From positions 67,332,001 through 67,396,000 of the forward strand of contig OX638152.1 in NCBI GenBank assembly GCA_951804945.1: DNA of 64,000 nucleotides, read 5' to 3'. This DNA comes from Podarcis cretensis (taxonomy: Eukaryota). A model generated the notes under the pieces. That model searched no databases. It saw only the letters and a program-made list of their open reading frames with translations, and was not told the origin of the DNA. Positions 1-14,173 of the stretch are shown here, piece by piece. Both the position numbers and the translations under genes were made by a program. Position 1 is the stretch's first letter. Each line of letters starts with the position of its first letter.

Positions 1-1989
1 ACCTGCATTATCAGGTTCCTTATTTGGACAATGTAGTCAAGCCTCCATTCTCAAGGAGTTTACATACTGGGGAAGTAACAGGAGGAATAAAGGGAGAAAA
101 GGATAGGTGTCCTTGCCTTCTGCCCTACCAGTCCCAATGGGCACCAGCCACCACTGGTTGCTGGACTCCAACTCTCATCAGCCCCAGCCAGCACAGCCAA
201 CATCCCATCCACCAACATTTGGAGCACCAAAGGTTCCCACTCTACCGTACGGAAAACAGAAGTTTGGAGGAGAGTTGTGAAGGAAAGGAAAGAGGTGGCC
301 CCAGGGGTGGCCAGAGGAGCTCTGCTAGAGGTCAAAATTTGGCAACCCACCACCTCTCACCTTCCGTTCTGCTCAATCCACTATGTCATAGTTGTGACGC
401 CCTGCAGCACCCCCTAGGCTCGGCACCCAGTGCAGTGGGACCAATCCTGCTGCCCTAAATCCACCTCTGGGTGATCCAGTATTCCAGCTAAGGGAGGGAG
501 TCCCACCCATGGGCTGGAGCAGGGAGGGCAACCAGAGGGAATGTGCAGAATCACTTTAAGGAAAAGGAAATCTTAATTGACTTGCAAGCAGTAGTCAAAG
601 CAGGGAAGGGCCAAGACACAGCCAGAGTTTCATCAGCTAAGGAGACAAAGATGGATCATGGGTGGATTTCTGCCATGTTGTGCAGGAAGAGCACAACCTA
701 GGCTGTGTACACATCACCATATACTCCGGCTCCAGTAATCTCTCAGGACTGGTGTTTGAAGCCAAGTAAACATGGCAATAGGCATAATCCATCTGGACAC
801 TGCAGTTCCTTGAGAAGTACTGCTGTTTGGTGCATTTCCCCTCAAACCAGCTTGCATATGAATTGAAAATGCAAGCTGAAGTTTGTAGATCTGAGGCAAC
901 TGCTGCACATGCGCAGGTGATAGCTTCAGTGAATACGGTAAGCGCTCAGGGAAGTTGTAGGCTGGAGGAAACCAATCAGGTAATTCACATGAGGTGATAA
1001 CATCCCCACCCTCTCTCTGGTGTGTCCAGCAATGGGACTTGAAACACAGCAGGAGGAAACAACCTTGTTGTGTTTTAAGCTGCTGGTGTGTAAAAGGTTG
1101 AATGTGGGGAGCAAAGAAGATAAAAGAATCAAAGATGAAGCTGTGTGCGGGGTCCTACTGGGGGTGAGTGCTACTGCTGTTGTTAAGGGGTCAAGGAGAG
1201 CAAGCCTTGAGAGTAAATATAAGCAGTTCCATCTGGTCCATGTTGACCTGTACCTGCTGGTTCTACTCCACTTTGAGCAGAAAGATCTGAAGGAGGGGGG
1301 AATTTATGCACGTTTGGCTGAATGTGCCTAGACTTTCTGTGTCATGAAAACCTTTTGGCATCACAGAACCAGCAGGGAGACCACAGGAGTGGTCACACAC
1401 ACACACTTACAGATTCTCTCTTTGTGTACAGCATTTGGCATCACAGTGATGGATCTATGGGCACAGTCAGTTAAAACAATTAAAAAAAAAAAGAGCAGAG
1501 GGCATGGGTTACAGTAACCTCTCATCATCTCATCATAGTGGGGGACCCATATAGACAATCGCTTAAAAATATTTATTTATTTATTTATTTAAATGACAAA
1601 TGGGAGATCTTGGGGCCAAATGCTATGGATTAACCACCCCTGAAACAGTGAGAGAACCAGCTAAGGCAGGGTTCACCAATCATTTTGTACCAGCGGGCAT
1701 CTTTTGAAATTTGAGAGTGCTGTGGGTGCCATTCACAAAATGGCTGCCATGGGAGTGTGGTGTAAAGCAATACGGCTGCATAGGAGAGGGCATGGTATAG
1801 CACAAAATGAAGAGCATACAAACATGGTGATGCCCTGTGGTGCCCCATAGTGTAAATCTCCCAATGTTTTTCTCTGGCCATAAACTCATAGGTAGGATGA
1901 AGACCGCTGTAATTTAATTCTGTGTTCCCATTCCATGGAGCCTGTGCAGGAGAATACTGTGACCAATGAAATGGACTGCCATGGCAGGG

Positions 1990-2170
1990 GGTCAAGAAGC
2001 AGGAGCAAGTTTGCAGTCCCCCCTGTCCTGCTCTCTGGAAAGGTCATCTGTCAGGATGACTGGGGCTGACTTAGTTCCATGGCCAGGCCTGAACCTTGAT
2101 TGGAGCAGATCTAAGTAATCTGTGTCATCCACAAAATGTGCAGCTGTCTCACCAGAACTCTCTCTTCCAC
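1990..2170 (-). mobile_element. L2/CR1-group LINE reverse-transcriptase fragment (degraded)
   Basis: Translation DYLDLLQSRFRPGHGTKSAPVILTDDL resembles the L2-type RT motif LDPFQSGFRPGHGTETALV..DDL. Confidence 0.75.
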
Positions 2171-3624
2171 CTTCCCCACAACTGAGTATTTGCAACTGGT
2201 CAATAGTTATTCCAATCCAAGGAGTCCGGGGCCTTTTTCTTTCCTCCAAAGTCACTCTGTTGATCAAGAGAATAACCAGAGTTGATGAATGCGCATTATA
2301 GCTAGTCTGGAAAGTTGTGCAACTTTTCATGGAACAGTGTAAGAAATAAGCCAAGAGTTTAGGAGTGGGAGAAGCCGTAGGTGGAGACCACAGCGAGGAG
2401 GGAGTCAGCAGAAGTTGCAGAAGAGATAAGATGGATAATGTTTCTGAGAAAGTCGGTGGACCGCAGGTCACAACAGGCGCAAGAAGCTGGAGTCACAAGG
2501 TAATGACCGGAGAGGAAAAATTCCATTAATAGAGCTAACACAGGGCAAGAGAAAACAAGATCAAATGAGTGAGTGGAGGAGTCACGCCAAGGCTGTAGGC
2601 CAAAGAAAATCAAAGAGGGGAGAGAAGCAGCAGTAACTATATTGGTGAGATTATCAGCATGAGCACTGAATTTATGCTTGTGCCTTTATTAAAGTTGCAG
2701 GAGTCTGCCAAAGAAAAAACCAAGCCAAACCTGGCAACTTCAGGCTCAAGCTTTCATCTTTACGGAACAAAATGTAACGTGTTTCTTGCCTGGCCTTTTA
2801 AGTTAGCTATTCCCAAGTTAAAACTCTGTAAAGCTTTTGTGATTCATGAACATCCAGATTCCTCTGGGCTGTGGCCTTTCATATCAAGCTGATATTATGC
2901 ACCAGTCATTGCTATCCATGTCAAAACCTAGACCAGCGTTTGAAACAGCAGCTACTCTTCTCTTCTAGTATGCGTGTTTACTTTGTAGCCTGGCTGACAT
3001 TTTCAATCTCTTTATTCAGGCTCTGAGTGGAAAGGCCAGCTAGCAGAGCTTGATGAGATTTGTAGTCCAAAATATCTGGAGGGCACCAGGTTGGTGAAGG
3101 CTGAGCTGGGCAGAGCCACATTCCTCAGCAGAAGTGACAATGCACTTGCAAATGGCTTTGCAAAATCAGAAGCCAACATGCTGAAGATCAGTTTACAGGG
3201 GAATGGTCATTTTTAACCCCCCCCCCAAGAAAGCGAAGCATAAAGTATTCCTTGAGCTTTGTTGTTTGGGCAAGGTCAGAATGGGAGAATGGACAGGGTG
3301 TTGGATTTGGCACTGCACAATAAAGTTCAAATGAAGCCCAGCCCTGAAACTCTCAGCTGTTGAACTGTGAGAGACAGACCAAGTCTTCCAAGAAAAGGAT
3401 CCACAAATCATTTATTTGCTTAACTCTCCTTAATTGGCTGGCTGTGAGGATTAAATGGGATAAGGAATAGAGCTACCACTGTTTTTTTGTATTCCAAAGA
3501 GCTTGTGCCTGCAACAGCTGCTTGACAGGCAGAAATTCAACTGGTGCTGTTTTCCCCCATTACAGTTCCTAGGATTGTCAGGCTGTGTGTGTGTGTGTGT
3601 GCGTGCGTGCGTGCACTTTAAACT

Positions 3625-3790
3625 ATCAATCCAAAAGTCCCCAGTTTGAATCTCACCTCTGCAATGAACTCACTAGGTGGTTTTAAGGCAAGCCACTCTT
3701 TCTGTCAGTTTCCGCTTCCCAATTTGTAAAATAGGAATAATAAGATAACATCACGGTAGAAAATAATAATTGATCTGAAGGGCTTTGAAT
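3625..3790 (+). mobile_element. MIR/CORE-SINE-like relic
   Basis: B-box-like agtttgaatctcacctctgc, followed by ggcaagccact...tctgtcagtttcc...tgtaaaatagga-ataata, the CORE-domain pattern. Confidence 0.55.
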
Positions 3791-6651
3791 ACTCTGATTG
3801 TATGTTACACATATTAGGTATCAGTTATCACCATTAACTAGATGAAACTCTGTCAGATTAGCACTTTTGCTAATCTCCCTCCACTGCAGGGTGTGAAATA
3901 GCACCTTTCAATTCTGAAAGACTCCTGCAAACAACAGCAGCTGAGCTAGGAGGGCTTTCTGAGTCCCTTGCTCCTGTCTTTGAAGATAGTCAAGAGTTAT
4001 ATAGCCCTCTGGCTCTGCACAGGCATAGGAGAAGGCAGCGGTGATGCTATGAACAATGTTTTGAACTCCCTTTCATATAATACTTTCCCTCTTTGGCTGT
4101 TGTACAGGTTGTGCCTCCTGGGTATATTCGCATGACTTCTTTTCCACAGTCAAGCATAGGAAAAAAGCTGCGTCTCGGCCAGCACGCTCAAAGTTTGTTT
4201 GATCTGTGCTGGGATGTAACTGTTTTTCTAACGGAGTCATGGCCTCGTCCAAGAAACAGGTGCAGATAGGAATTGCAGAATCTACTTAGCAAAGTTATAT
4301 AAAAGTTCAAAAACATGGGGGGAATGTGGAGAAACGTTTGTTAAACCTGAGACAAGAGAGGAAATATCGGATAGTGCAGCCTGCATGAGAAAAACCCAGG
4401 GACTGGCCCGAGAACTGCCAAGGAAATTTATTTTGTTGTGCAATCAACCTGGACTTGATTATGAGCTAGTCTGAAAGCCGTTCCCCAAGGCTGTATTTGT
4501 AGTTCTTTGCCTCCCCTTCTAGCCACAAAGGAAACAAGCAGCACAGAACTAGCAAATGAAGTGGAAAGCCGCATTCACAAGCCATCAGCTGGCTGATATA
4601 TCATAGGGCTCCCTTGCCCACTTGGGTTTTATTATGCTGCCACATGCCTCACCATTGCATCACAATTGCCACCGCAGTGCTGCGAGTTCATTGCAGTCAG
4701 GTTGTTGCTCTTGACTGGGTGCCTTTGGCTAAGCCACTCTATGAATCCTTTTCCCAAAATGGGCAGGACTGTATTTCCTGTTAGCTCACAAAGATTCTGG
4801 CAAGGATCCTGCAGGACAGCTTGCAATTTGATGGGTAGAGCTTTTCTCAGCAGAGCAACATGGCAATGAGAAAAGGTTCTCATTCTGAATTACGTTTGTT
4901 GCATAACGGCTAAAAACATGGGAGTTCTGGGTTAGGAGACTTCTAAAGGGGAGGAATTCTGGGGTTGGCATGGAAGGCATAGTTCATAGGATGAGAGGAA
5001 GGTTGCTCTGGGCACTTATGGTTTCATTAGGATTATTATTTAGTAAGACAGTGGGCGGCATCTAACAGTTGCTATTTCAACAGATTCTCCCTTAAACTCT
5101 TGCAAAAAAAAGAGGGAGGCTCCAGAGAGTTGAAGATTCTTCCTGAACAGTGCAGGTGTCTGCAGGGAGAAATCATCAGCCTTCCATGAGTGGAGGTGTC
5201 AGGTGGATCAAAACACCTTCTGCGAGGGCATGAATTAGATTCCACTCCTTTTTTTCACCTGTGCCATTTCAAAGCTTTGCCTCTTCTTTTGCTTCCCCTT
5301 GTCCATAGCACCAACTCAAGTCTGGCCCAACATTTTGCTGCCTGAAATGAAGGACAAGATCTCCCTGCACCGCTGCCAACTGGTAATTGTATCTCACTTC
5401 AACACTGGTGATGGGATAGTGCCTTCTACAGCACCCAAAACAGCAGACTAGTTCAGGGGGGCTAAGATCGATCTCATAGCATGACTAGAGGAAGTCCTTA
5501 GAAGGATAGCCAGGTGTGTGTGTGATTGTTGCTTCCACCCCACCTCCCGGCATGTGTCACCTGAGGTGGTTACTTCATTGGTAGGGATGGCCCTGTATGA
5601 ACACATCACTCTGGATTAGCATGGGAAGATAGTTTGCACAGAAAATCTCAGACAAGCCTTGTCACCCACAAAAGTATTATCACCTACTAAGCACTTTCTT
5701 CATTAGATCCCATTCCACATACAGCCCTTGCCCAAAATCCTGGTTCACCTCCACACTCCTCTTACACCTCACAAGCCTTTGAGTCCTACTGTGAAATACT
5801 GAGGGTGAGTAATTTCCACGCATTTCCGTGAAGCTAACTAAAAACCAGCTTGGTGAGAGGTGACAGAATGGGATCAGAATACGAGTAATTAGTTTTACAA
5901 AATTTGCTTCCAGTGTCACTGTAGGAATGGCACTCTTTAACAGTTGTTAAATCCCATAATCCCTGCTGAGGATTTGGCCTGTTGAGTTTTATGCTGCACC
6001 TCGTGCTTTTCATCTTGATGATCCTGGGGAATAGAAGGGAAGGAAGGGCATTTCTTCAGCGAAACCTGCCAATGCATCAGAGAAGCAAGTACCACTATGA
6101 AACACAAACTGCAGACTAGGACAAAACTGAAATGGAGAGGAACAATTCATCCATTTTGCTGAAGCAAAGCAGGTCTGTGCCTGGTTAGGGTCTGGACGAG
6201 AAATCACTTGGCAGCCCCACATACACTTCATGACGAAAGAAAGATGGAAATAAATCTACCAAATTATATTTGGCAATAAAAACTAATAAAGCACAGAAGG
6301 AAAGCATCCAGGGAGAGAGCACCGGATCTTACCTGGCTAAAGCCCTCTAAACATGGCAGCTCTGTGTGAACATCTGTTGGAAAACAGATCAAACTGAACA
6401 GCTTAATGCCAGGGATATTTTTATCACTGCATAGGTTTCTGTTCAGTGCAGAAGGAGCTGTTCAAGACAACCATGAAATGGTTAATATTAGGGGTGTTCA
6501 TACATTACATTCAACCAGTGTATAGTCCTTTGTACCTGTGCACACAAATACTGTACATTCGGTACAGTTATGCACATGTAACATTCAATGAGTCTGTTAG
6601 GTCAGAGGCATTTCTGGGGAAATGAGGGCAGCAGGCTGCAGCACCTTAGAG

Positions 6652-6776
6652 CAGCCTTTCTCAAATTTGGGTCCCCAGATGTTGTTGGACTACAACTCCC
6701 ATCATCCCTGACCACGGGTCCTGATAGCTAGGGATGATGGGAGTTGTAGTCTGCGGGCCCAATTTGAGAAAGGCTG
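6652..6776. mobile_element. hAT-family MITE (palindromic)
   Basis: TIRs cagcctttctcaaatt.../...aatttgagaaaggctg; internal inverted repeat; 8-bp TSD ccttagag/ctttagag. Confidence 0.85.
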
Positions 6777-8439
6777 CTTTAGAGTGTCTGCTGCTCCTGC
6801 TGGTTTTCTCTCTCTCTCTCTCCACCCCTCTGCATTTATCTGCTGTTCACTCTCTGGCATCTTTTGGACCCCCTTGGGCTCCAAAATCCACACCAGACAG
6901 AGCCATAGTGGGTTGGCAGAGAGCAGAACAGCCCTGCTAACCCCTCCAACATTTTGCTTAGTGGGAAAAACATTTGGGCATGTGGGTAGACAAGACACAA
7001 CCCAAAAAAAGGGGGGGGGGACCAACAGTAGGCCCTACATGTGCAAGCATGCATGTACTTCAAATCACTAGCAGGGAGTTTTTAAAGCTTTTTAAAGACC
7101 TAACAGGGACTTGGGACTGCAATCCTATATGCAATCTGGGGGTAAGTCCCACTGAACATGACAAGCCTTAAGGGATTGTGCTGCTGGTGTAGTTTGGTTC
7201 TGGTGTCTAAATCCAGTTTGGGGAGGTTGTGGAAAGTTCCCAAAATGGACAATGCAGAATAGCTACTATAATGTAAAACAAGAATACCCTCACAAAAAAC
7301 AAACAAACCACAAACCAAACCAAACCAAACCAAACCAAACAAAAACAAAAACAAAAAACAACCCAAGATGTCCCATAGAGAGGATATAAATTACCAGGCA
7401 GCCGATGAAACTGGAAGCCACTGTTTTACATGACTAGGCTCCTCCAAGGCAAATCAGAGATTATGGATATCAGACACAGCCGAGGTCCTGTGCGTGTTGT
7501 TATCATAAGAGTAACAAAAAAGGAGAAAGGAATTTACGGTAAACAATGAAAGCTCTGTACCAGGCAAGGCAGGTACTGCCAAGTAACCACACCTTAAACC
7601 TATGGCAAACACAATGAAATGCCTGATTGTTTAAAACAAATCTGGTACGAAATAATTAGAATATTAAGTTGCTGGCCTCTTTCTACATCTCGGAGTTGGA
7701 GGTGCAATTTAAAGGGGGGAGGTGCTAGTTATGTGTGCAAGAATTGGGGGAATCAAGGGAAGCATTGTTTGCTTGTCTACCTAGGAAACATGAGCACTGT
7801 ATCTTATCATTTTTGAGCTCTCCGATTTTCTCATAAGTGTAGATGACAGAGAAAAAGCTGCATTTTCACCTGTAAGCCCTCGACATATAGGATGCATTTA
7901 TATGCATTATACACTACACACTGCTATTTTGCAAGTTTTTTCTGACCACTATTCCTCCCCCACCCCTTTCTTTGGATGAAGATGTAATTTAGTAGGCTTG
8001 ACAATCTATGAAAAGGCTGGTTTTTGTCAGCCTCTAAGCACATTTTAACTAGATGTTTGTAGCTCAGAAACTCATTCACAACTCAAGTTAACCTTTCAGG
8101 ATCTTTGGGAGACTTTCAGCTTTGAAACCTAAGGCAAAGGTCAGGAAAAAAGCAACCTAGGAACTGATCCTCAATTTCTGGAGTTTAAATAAGTGAATCA
8201 GGAGCATGCAAAGCACTTAGGACATGGTACATTTAGACAAACCTGGCAAGGTGTCTCACAGGATAATTTGCCATTGGCTGACGTAGCCTAACCCTTCCCA
8301 GGAGACTGCCTCTTCACAGCTGAGTGTTTTGCCCCTGAACATTATCCAAGTTATGCTTTATTAATCAGACCGTTTTCGATGAGATTATGTTAATTACTTG
8401 GCAGATTAGGCGTTTATCTCAGAGAGTCACACTATAATC

Positions 8440-8700
8440 ATTTACCAGGGTCTGAGCCTTTAGTGTAGCAGGCCTTGCCCTTCGGAACTCCTTGCCAATA
8501 GAGGCTCAGTAGGAGTCGTCCATATTCACTTGCAGACTTCTTCTGTATTATTCAGACAGGCCTTTTGAACCTGAGATTCTTTGCCACCCAGCTTTTACTG
8601 ATGTGTTTTGTTGTGTTTATTGTAATCCTGTGCTTTTAGCCTGTATACTGCATTGCAATATTTTATATGAAAGTATGTTTTAAATGTTTAAATAAACAAG
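8440..8700 (+). mobile_element. L2 LINE 3' end fragment
   Basis: gagcctttagtgtagcaggcc...ggaactccttgcc...ttcagacaggcctttt (RAFSV..P.LWN.LP region) followed by an AT-rich tail. Confidence 0.55.
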
Positions 8701-8927
8701 CAGTACTATATGTTTCCTTGTGTGTGGTCTGAGTGCAGAAGGCAGGAAAGAAAATATTACGGTACTTTCCATAAGTTGATTGAATTCACTAGGTGAAGGA
8801 AATTGCATTTGCCCTGCTTATGTGCTATGGTACTTAATAACAAACATTTTAATTTTAAACGTTACACCAAGTTTGTATGTTCTGGCCTCCAAAAGATTTC
8901 ACATGCACTACAGTGTACAGTGTACTA

Positions 8928-9153
8928 CAGTGGTACTTCAGGTTAAGTACTTAATTCGTTCCGGAGGTCCGTTCTTAACCTGAAACTGTTCTTAACCTGA
9001 AGCACCACTTTAGCTAATGGGGCCTCCCGCTGCTGCTGTGCCATCGGAGCACGATTTCTGTTCTTATCCTGAAGCAAAGTGCTTAACCTGAAGCACTATT
9101 TCTGGGTTAGCAGAGTCTGTAACCTGAAGCGTATGTAACCCGAGGTACCACTG
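8928..9153. mobile_element. Tc1/mariner (Tigger/pogo-like) MITE
   Basis: TIRs cagtggtac.tc.ggtta / taacccgaggtaccactg; TA target duplication on both sides. Confidence 0.9.
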
Positions 9154-9310
9154 TATGGGTTTACTGCCTTATACTTCTGCAGTTGTGAAGACCATATATT
9201 TTCCATTGTGTATATGCTAACATATAGCAACTTGAAGAAAACATAATAATGTTCCCAATAATATTTTGAAAGTCAAAAAGTCAGTAGAGGAGCAAAACAT
9301 ATCACATAAT

Positions 9311-9316
9311 TTTATT
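9311..9316 (-). promoter_or_regulatory. Distal polyadenylation signal AATAAA
   Basis: + strand tttatt; downstream on minus strand ATTATGTGATATGTTTTGCTCCTCTACTGACTTTTTG (GU/U-rich element). Confidence 0.65.
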
Positions 9317-10784
9317 AACACAGTATCAACAAAATAATAGAATAAGGAAAACTTCAAATATATAATTTCTTCCCATCTTAGTCACTTGGGGTAACAATGT
9401 TCTAACAAAATAAATTATCTCTTATTTCATAGAATACACAGGCTCGTTATCAGTCTTTCCTAATCAGATGTTTATCACACAAAATATTTATTTCTGAATG
9501 TGTGCACGTATGTGCAAAAAACTATAAAGATTTGGCAGTATTACTCCCTTCCTGAGGCTATTCAAGAATGGAGTAGCAGTTTTTTTTAAAACAAAACTTC
9601 TTCCATGGTCTACAAAATACTCACTTCTCAAGAACAAACTCAATAGCCAGAAAAAAAATATTTCATACTTTCTTCATGCTAATGTGGATCAACACTGACT
9701 CCAGAACAGTCCGATATAGAGATTAATTGCTGTATTGTGCATTTCCCAAATTTAATTAGTTTACAGTGGCAACAAAGCTATAAGAGCAAGGAGAGTTCAC
9801 ACTGAACTAATCTGGCGCAATTCTTCCTCAAACACTATTTATACTTTTATAGAATAATCTTCCTACTGAAGGTAAATGGACTGATGAGAGTCCGTTTTGG
9901 AGTAATGTGATTATTAAGGTTCTACCATTAACATCTGAAGGATGTAAATTCTGGATCTTATACAGAAAAGTTATGCAATAAGTACTATTGCCTTCCAATG
10001 TGAATAAGATAGTATCCAAAACAATATCTGATCGTGCCATTCTAGTTATCTGAAATATTTGCAAATACTGTAGTAGAAATAATCCACCCAAGAAGTGTTT
10101 CAAAATGTAATTTTTAAAACTAAAAATTGAATGCTAAAATCAGGATTCCAAAACATGTAGGAGACAATCATAGGAATATTTAAGGCGTCATAAAAGTTAA
10201 CACTGTAAAATACTTGCCATTAGAATCTAATTTAATATTAAAACCAGACAACAAGAAAATTTATAATATTTAAACAACTTCCATTTTTTTCATCCAGCTG
10301 TTTACTCTAGCAATTGAGTAGGATACCTGAAATAATCTCCCAATAAGAGTAACTAATGAGACGACAGTAGCTGATTACCACCAAAAATGGAAGGGGTGGC
10401 TTCCAACCTCATTTTCTCACTGGTACTATCATTTTGCAGAGGATTATCATTTAGTTAAGAAACTAACGGTTTGATTCTTTTATACGTAAGGATCCCTGTT
10501 TCAACCAATGTTTTATAAATACTAGCAAAGATGTTTTATTTCTTGTTAACTTTAAGTATATTTGCATTGATGGCATTCATATTGTGCAGCTATTTTAAAT
10601 TTTAAAGTAAACTGCAAGTAAATTATTTTCCTTTAATGTGTACACACTGTACAGCTGAGAAACCATTATAACCCAGTCTTTAAAGTTCTATTGTCATGCT
10701 GCATAGCATACTTCAATATCAAAATAGAAGGGTGGAGAAGCTAGCAAACTAGCCTGAAATCTGTCAGCATATGCTAAAACGTTT

Positions 10785-10937
10785 ATAGGCAGCTTCCTAA
10801 TACTAAGTCAGACCATCAAGCTCAGTTCTCTCTAAACTGGCAGCAGATCTCCAAAGTTTTATTTGCACACGGAGATGCCAGGAATTGAGCACGGGGCATT
10901 TTGCATAAACTGCAAGTGCTCTATCACTGAGCTGCAG
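10785..10937 (-). mobile_element. Degraded tRNA-derived squamate SINE (Squam3-like) within the 3'UTR
   Basis: Minus strand reads gctcagtgatagagcacttgc...gccccgtgctcaattcctggcatctcc (A/B boxes); tail ggtctgacttagtattaggaagctgcc. Confidence 0.55.
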
Positions 10938-11294
10938 CTGAGAATCTGTAGAAATGACTAAGATTTTTACTATTCATTTAAGTTATTTATATACTGCTTA
11001 ATCACCAAGGTTTCTAAGTGGTATACATGAAGAATTTTGTTTTATGAAAACCAGAGCACAATGTATTGGAGCATATTCTTGTCTGTCTAGTTCTGGGATA
11101 GAGAATCTGCGCTGGCTGCCCTTGCCCCTTTCAGCTAGCATGGCCAATGGTTTAGTGATGATGCAGTACAACATCATCTGGGAGGGCCACCCTGGTCTGG
11201 GTGAAGTGGGCAGGGTTTTCTGTCGCCTGACATTATGCTTACTTTGCAAGGCTATGGAATATTTTCAGTGAATGGTGTGGGTCATATAATGCAG

Positions 11295-11575
11295 GAAGAG
11301 CCCTACCAGATCACAGCAACAGGCCATATAATTCCATATCCTATTTTTAATAGTAGCCAGGTAGGTCTGTGCAAAGCCCACAAAAAGGCCTCAACACAGT
11401 AGTCCTCTCCTTTTATTTTGAACCCAAATAACTGGTGCTCTCTGCCACACTGTCAGGAGAGGCTCCACATTGGTGCAATGGCCTAATAGCTGTTGATAGT
11501 CCTCTGCTCCAGGAATTTATCAAATCCTCTTTTAAAGAGATCCAGGCTAGAGGACATCATCACATCTCGTAGATG
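11295..11575 (-). mobile_element. CR1 LINE 3' fragment in the 3'UTR
   Basis: gaagagccct..gatca...gtcctctgctccaggaatttatcaaatcctcttttaaag..atcc..gctag.ggacatca: typical antisense CR1 3' end. Confidence 0.6.
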
Positions 11576-14173
11576 ATGCAGTGAGTGTGTTATGTTAAGG
11601 GATGACTTTCAGAAACATGAAACTTAAGGGAGGAAAACGAAGTTACATAAATTTACAGTGGTAAAAATATTTCCCTACCTGCAGCTTCCCCCAAAAGATC
11701 ACTCTCCCCGTTGCCAGTGCAATTCTAGAATGCAATTCAAGGAATACTTTCTATTAAAATTCAGTCTGGACAAGATTATATATGCTTATGAATGTGTACT
11801 GCCAAAGAGTCTTACTAGGTTAACAGGACTTCCTTGGAGTGAAGTGTATTAACTGAGTAGGATAGACGACCAAAACAATAATTGCCATAAGGAAACAAGA
11901 TCCATTTATCCGAAATGGAGGAGAAACAGATATGTGAAATTCATTGATAACATCAACTCACCAGAATACAAAACAAATATAATTCTACCAAAAAAAAAAC
12001 AAATAAGTGGAATTTTACCAAGACACATACAGTTAGCCAATGGATATTGCCCACTGCTAAGATATAATAAGCAGAACAAGTTAAGAAATAAGCAAAAACA
12101 TCTAATTGCCAAAAGCAACGAATCTCTAAATTTTGCATTTAATTTTTTTCATCATTTGATAATAAGTTACCGTAAATACAAAAGGTGTAATATGAACAGA
12201 CATGAGGCACAGTTCACAAATCCTATTGTGCTGACATACCATTGCTCCAGCATGTCTCGGCCTTGCATAGCATACAACTGTGAGTAAGTCTGCCCTGTAT
12301 GAACTATGGCACATTCCTTGTACTTATCCATTCCAAGACATGTGGGTTTCATGCTGCAGCAGTAAGAAAAACTCACATAAATACTAGTGCCAAGGCACCC
12401 ACAAGTCAGTTCAGGCAGACCACACACACCAAACCCCATGAACTAACACTACAGGGAGTTATATAACCCACACTGCCACATAGTCTGAGGGCAATACAGT
12501 ACCCATCAATGCTGTTGAAATGATTGGAGTAGCTGGAAAGATTCCCAGTCGGGGAACATACCTCCATTCCTTCAACACCAGGTTTGGACCAATGGCAACT
12601 ACTGGGGTATGCACTGCTATTTTGGGGGGGCCAAATAAAAAGGCAAATTGGGATGATGTGGGGGACTCCTCTACTCCCTGAGTCGAAGCAGGGTGTAATT
12701 CCCACCCCTTCAGTTTGATCAGGGCACCAACAAAGCCACAGAGCCTCTTTGTTTCTGTGCCAGTACAACTCTATCTTTTCCTGTATATCTCTATGCTTCT
12801 CTCGGTCCATGGGCTTTGCAAGAAGTGAAGGGGTTGAAAATGTTGTCTGCAAAGCACAGCATTGGGTATTTTTTTTTTTACAAATATATATATATATATA
12901 TATAAGTAAAACATTTCATTTTAGGGTTTTTTTTAAGTGTACTTTGCTCTGCTTTAATAAGAACAAAATCAACAACCCAGAGCTCTTTAGAACTCTGCAA
13001 GCAGCATTCTAGGCTCAACATTGTAAAGTATATTAGAGACCTGTGCAGGTCTACTGGGAGGCCTATAAAGCCTGTTGGAGGTCACAAACAACCGTCAGGA
13101 GAAAGGCTGATGTGAAGCTGCGAAGGTTTTTTCTAATGTACATGCTAGTATATGCACCATTTGGCAACCTCTTAATTATTTTAAGGTAAGAAAAAGACAA
13201 GATCCCCTGGGGTTATGGAGAAAAGTACATTCTTTTTACTTCCCCACAAAAAGCACCTGGAATTTGTCTGCAATTTGGCAGGCCTAATTCACTCTGGAGG
13301 CACTTCCGTGCCTATAAACTTAATCCACTCTGTCCAAAAGGGAAACATTTTACCTGTTTTTAGATTCCCCATTATAGTGAATGGGGAACACAGACTTTCA
13401 TTTTATACTGACTGGCTCAGGAGCCAAACTGCAGATTGTAGTGAAGAAGTACACAGTGTGATTCAGCCATGGTTCAGAATTTTGAAAACAGCAACACAGA
13501 TAACAGATATCTTGGGACCTGTGCACAAACTCCAAGCAACTACTGCAGAGCGGCTGAGATGCAGGCTTCAGGAAACAGGCAGGGAGTCAACACCCAATGG
13601 TAGTTTGTAGAAGGAGATGTGTGTGGGTTGCAAAACCACAGTGGGTTGCAAAAGCACACTAGTGTTGCATCCAGAAATGGTCAGTAATCAGAGGGTTGAT
13701 TTTTTAAAAAAAAAAACAGATAATGTACATAAGGAATACAGAGCTTCTTGAATGCTGCTTTCATTTATTCTAAAACTAGAAAGACTTTAAAGATCACAGA
13801 TATGTAAAAAGTGATAATCCAGGATGAATGTAAATATAAGCAAATTTTCTAGACATATATACTATTTAAATATCCCACCCCAATGCATATAAATCAAGAA
13901 TTATTGGAATAAATAAGTGTTAACAGTAAGAGAGAGATGGAATTTGACTGAGGCATTCTTGAAGGGTCGGTGGGAAAACAAGTTCAATTTCATAGGCATA
14001 AGGTTTGACATTCAGATTGTGTACCTTCTTCATCTGCAAGGTAAACTGGTGCAAGAAATGCAAAAGAAATATGGCAGTCACTTTTTCCAAATGATGTTGC
14101 CTTAGTGAAAAAAGCTTCTGCCAATATATTGTGCGGTTAAAGGTACTTGAAGCAAAAATTCTGTTACAGAATT

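Larger units (their letters stand above)
9290..14173 (-). other. REPS2: REPS2 3'UTR (about 4.9 kb, inferred)
   Basis: AT-rich, repeat-poor sequence continuing from the stop codon to an AATAAA (minus strand) at 9311-9316 followed by GU/U-rich sequence; the 3' end is approximate. Confidence 0.65.

Noticed and set aside
900-2900. LTR-like blocks (~960-1365 and ~2350-2890)
   Set aside because: Composition suggests old LTR relics, but termini/TSDs could not be defined, so they were not annotated as features.
7395-7445. Possible hammerhead ribozyme core (gccgatgaaac)
   Set aside because: CTGATGA core is imperfect and I could not find the GAAA strand or the required helices.
24-13610. Numerous 60-150 aa ORFs in the intergenic region and 3'UTR
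   Set aside because: Sizes expected by chance, many non-ATG starts, no domain similarity, no consistent exon structure.
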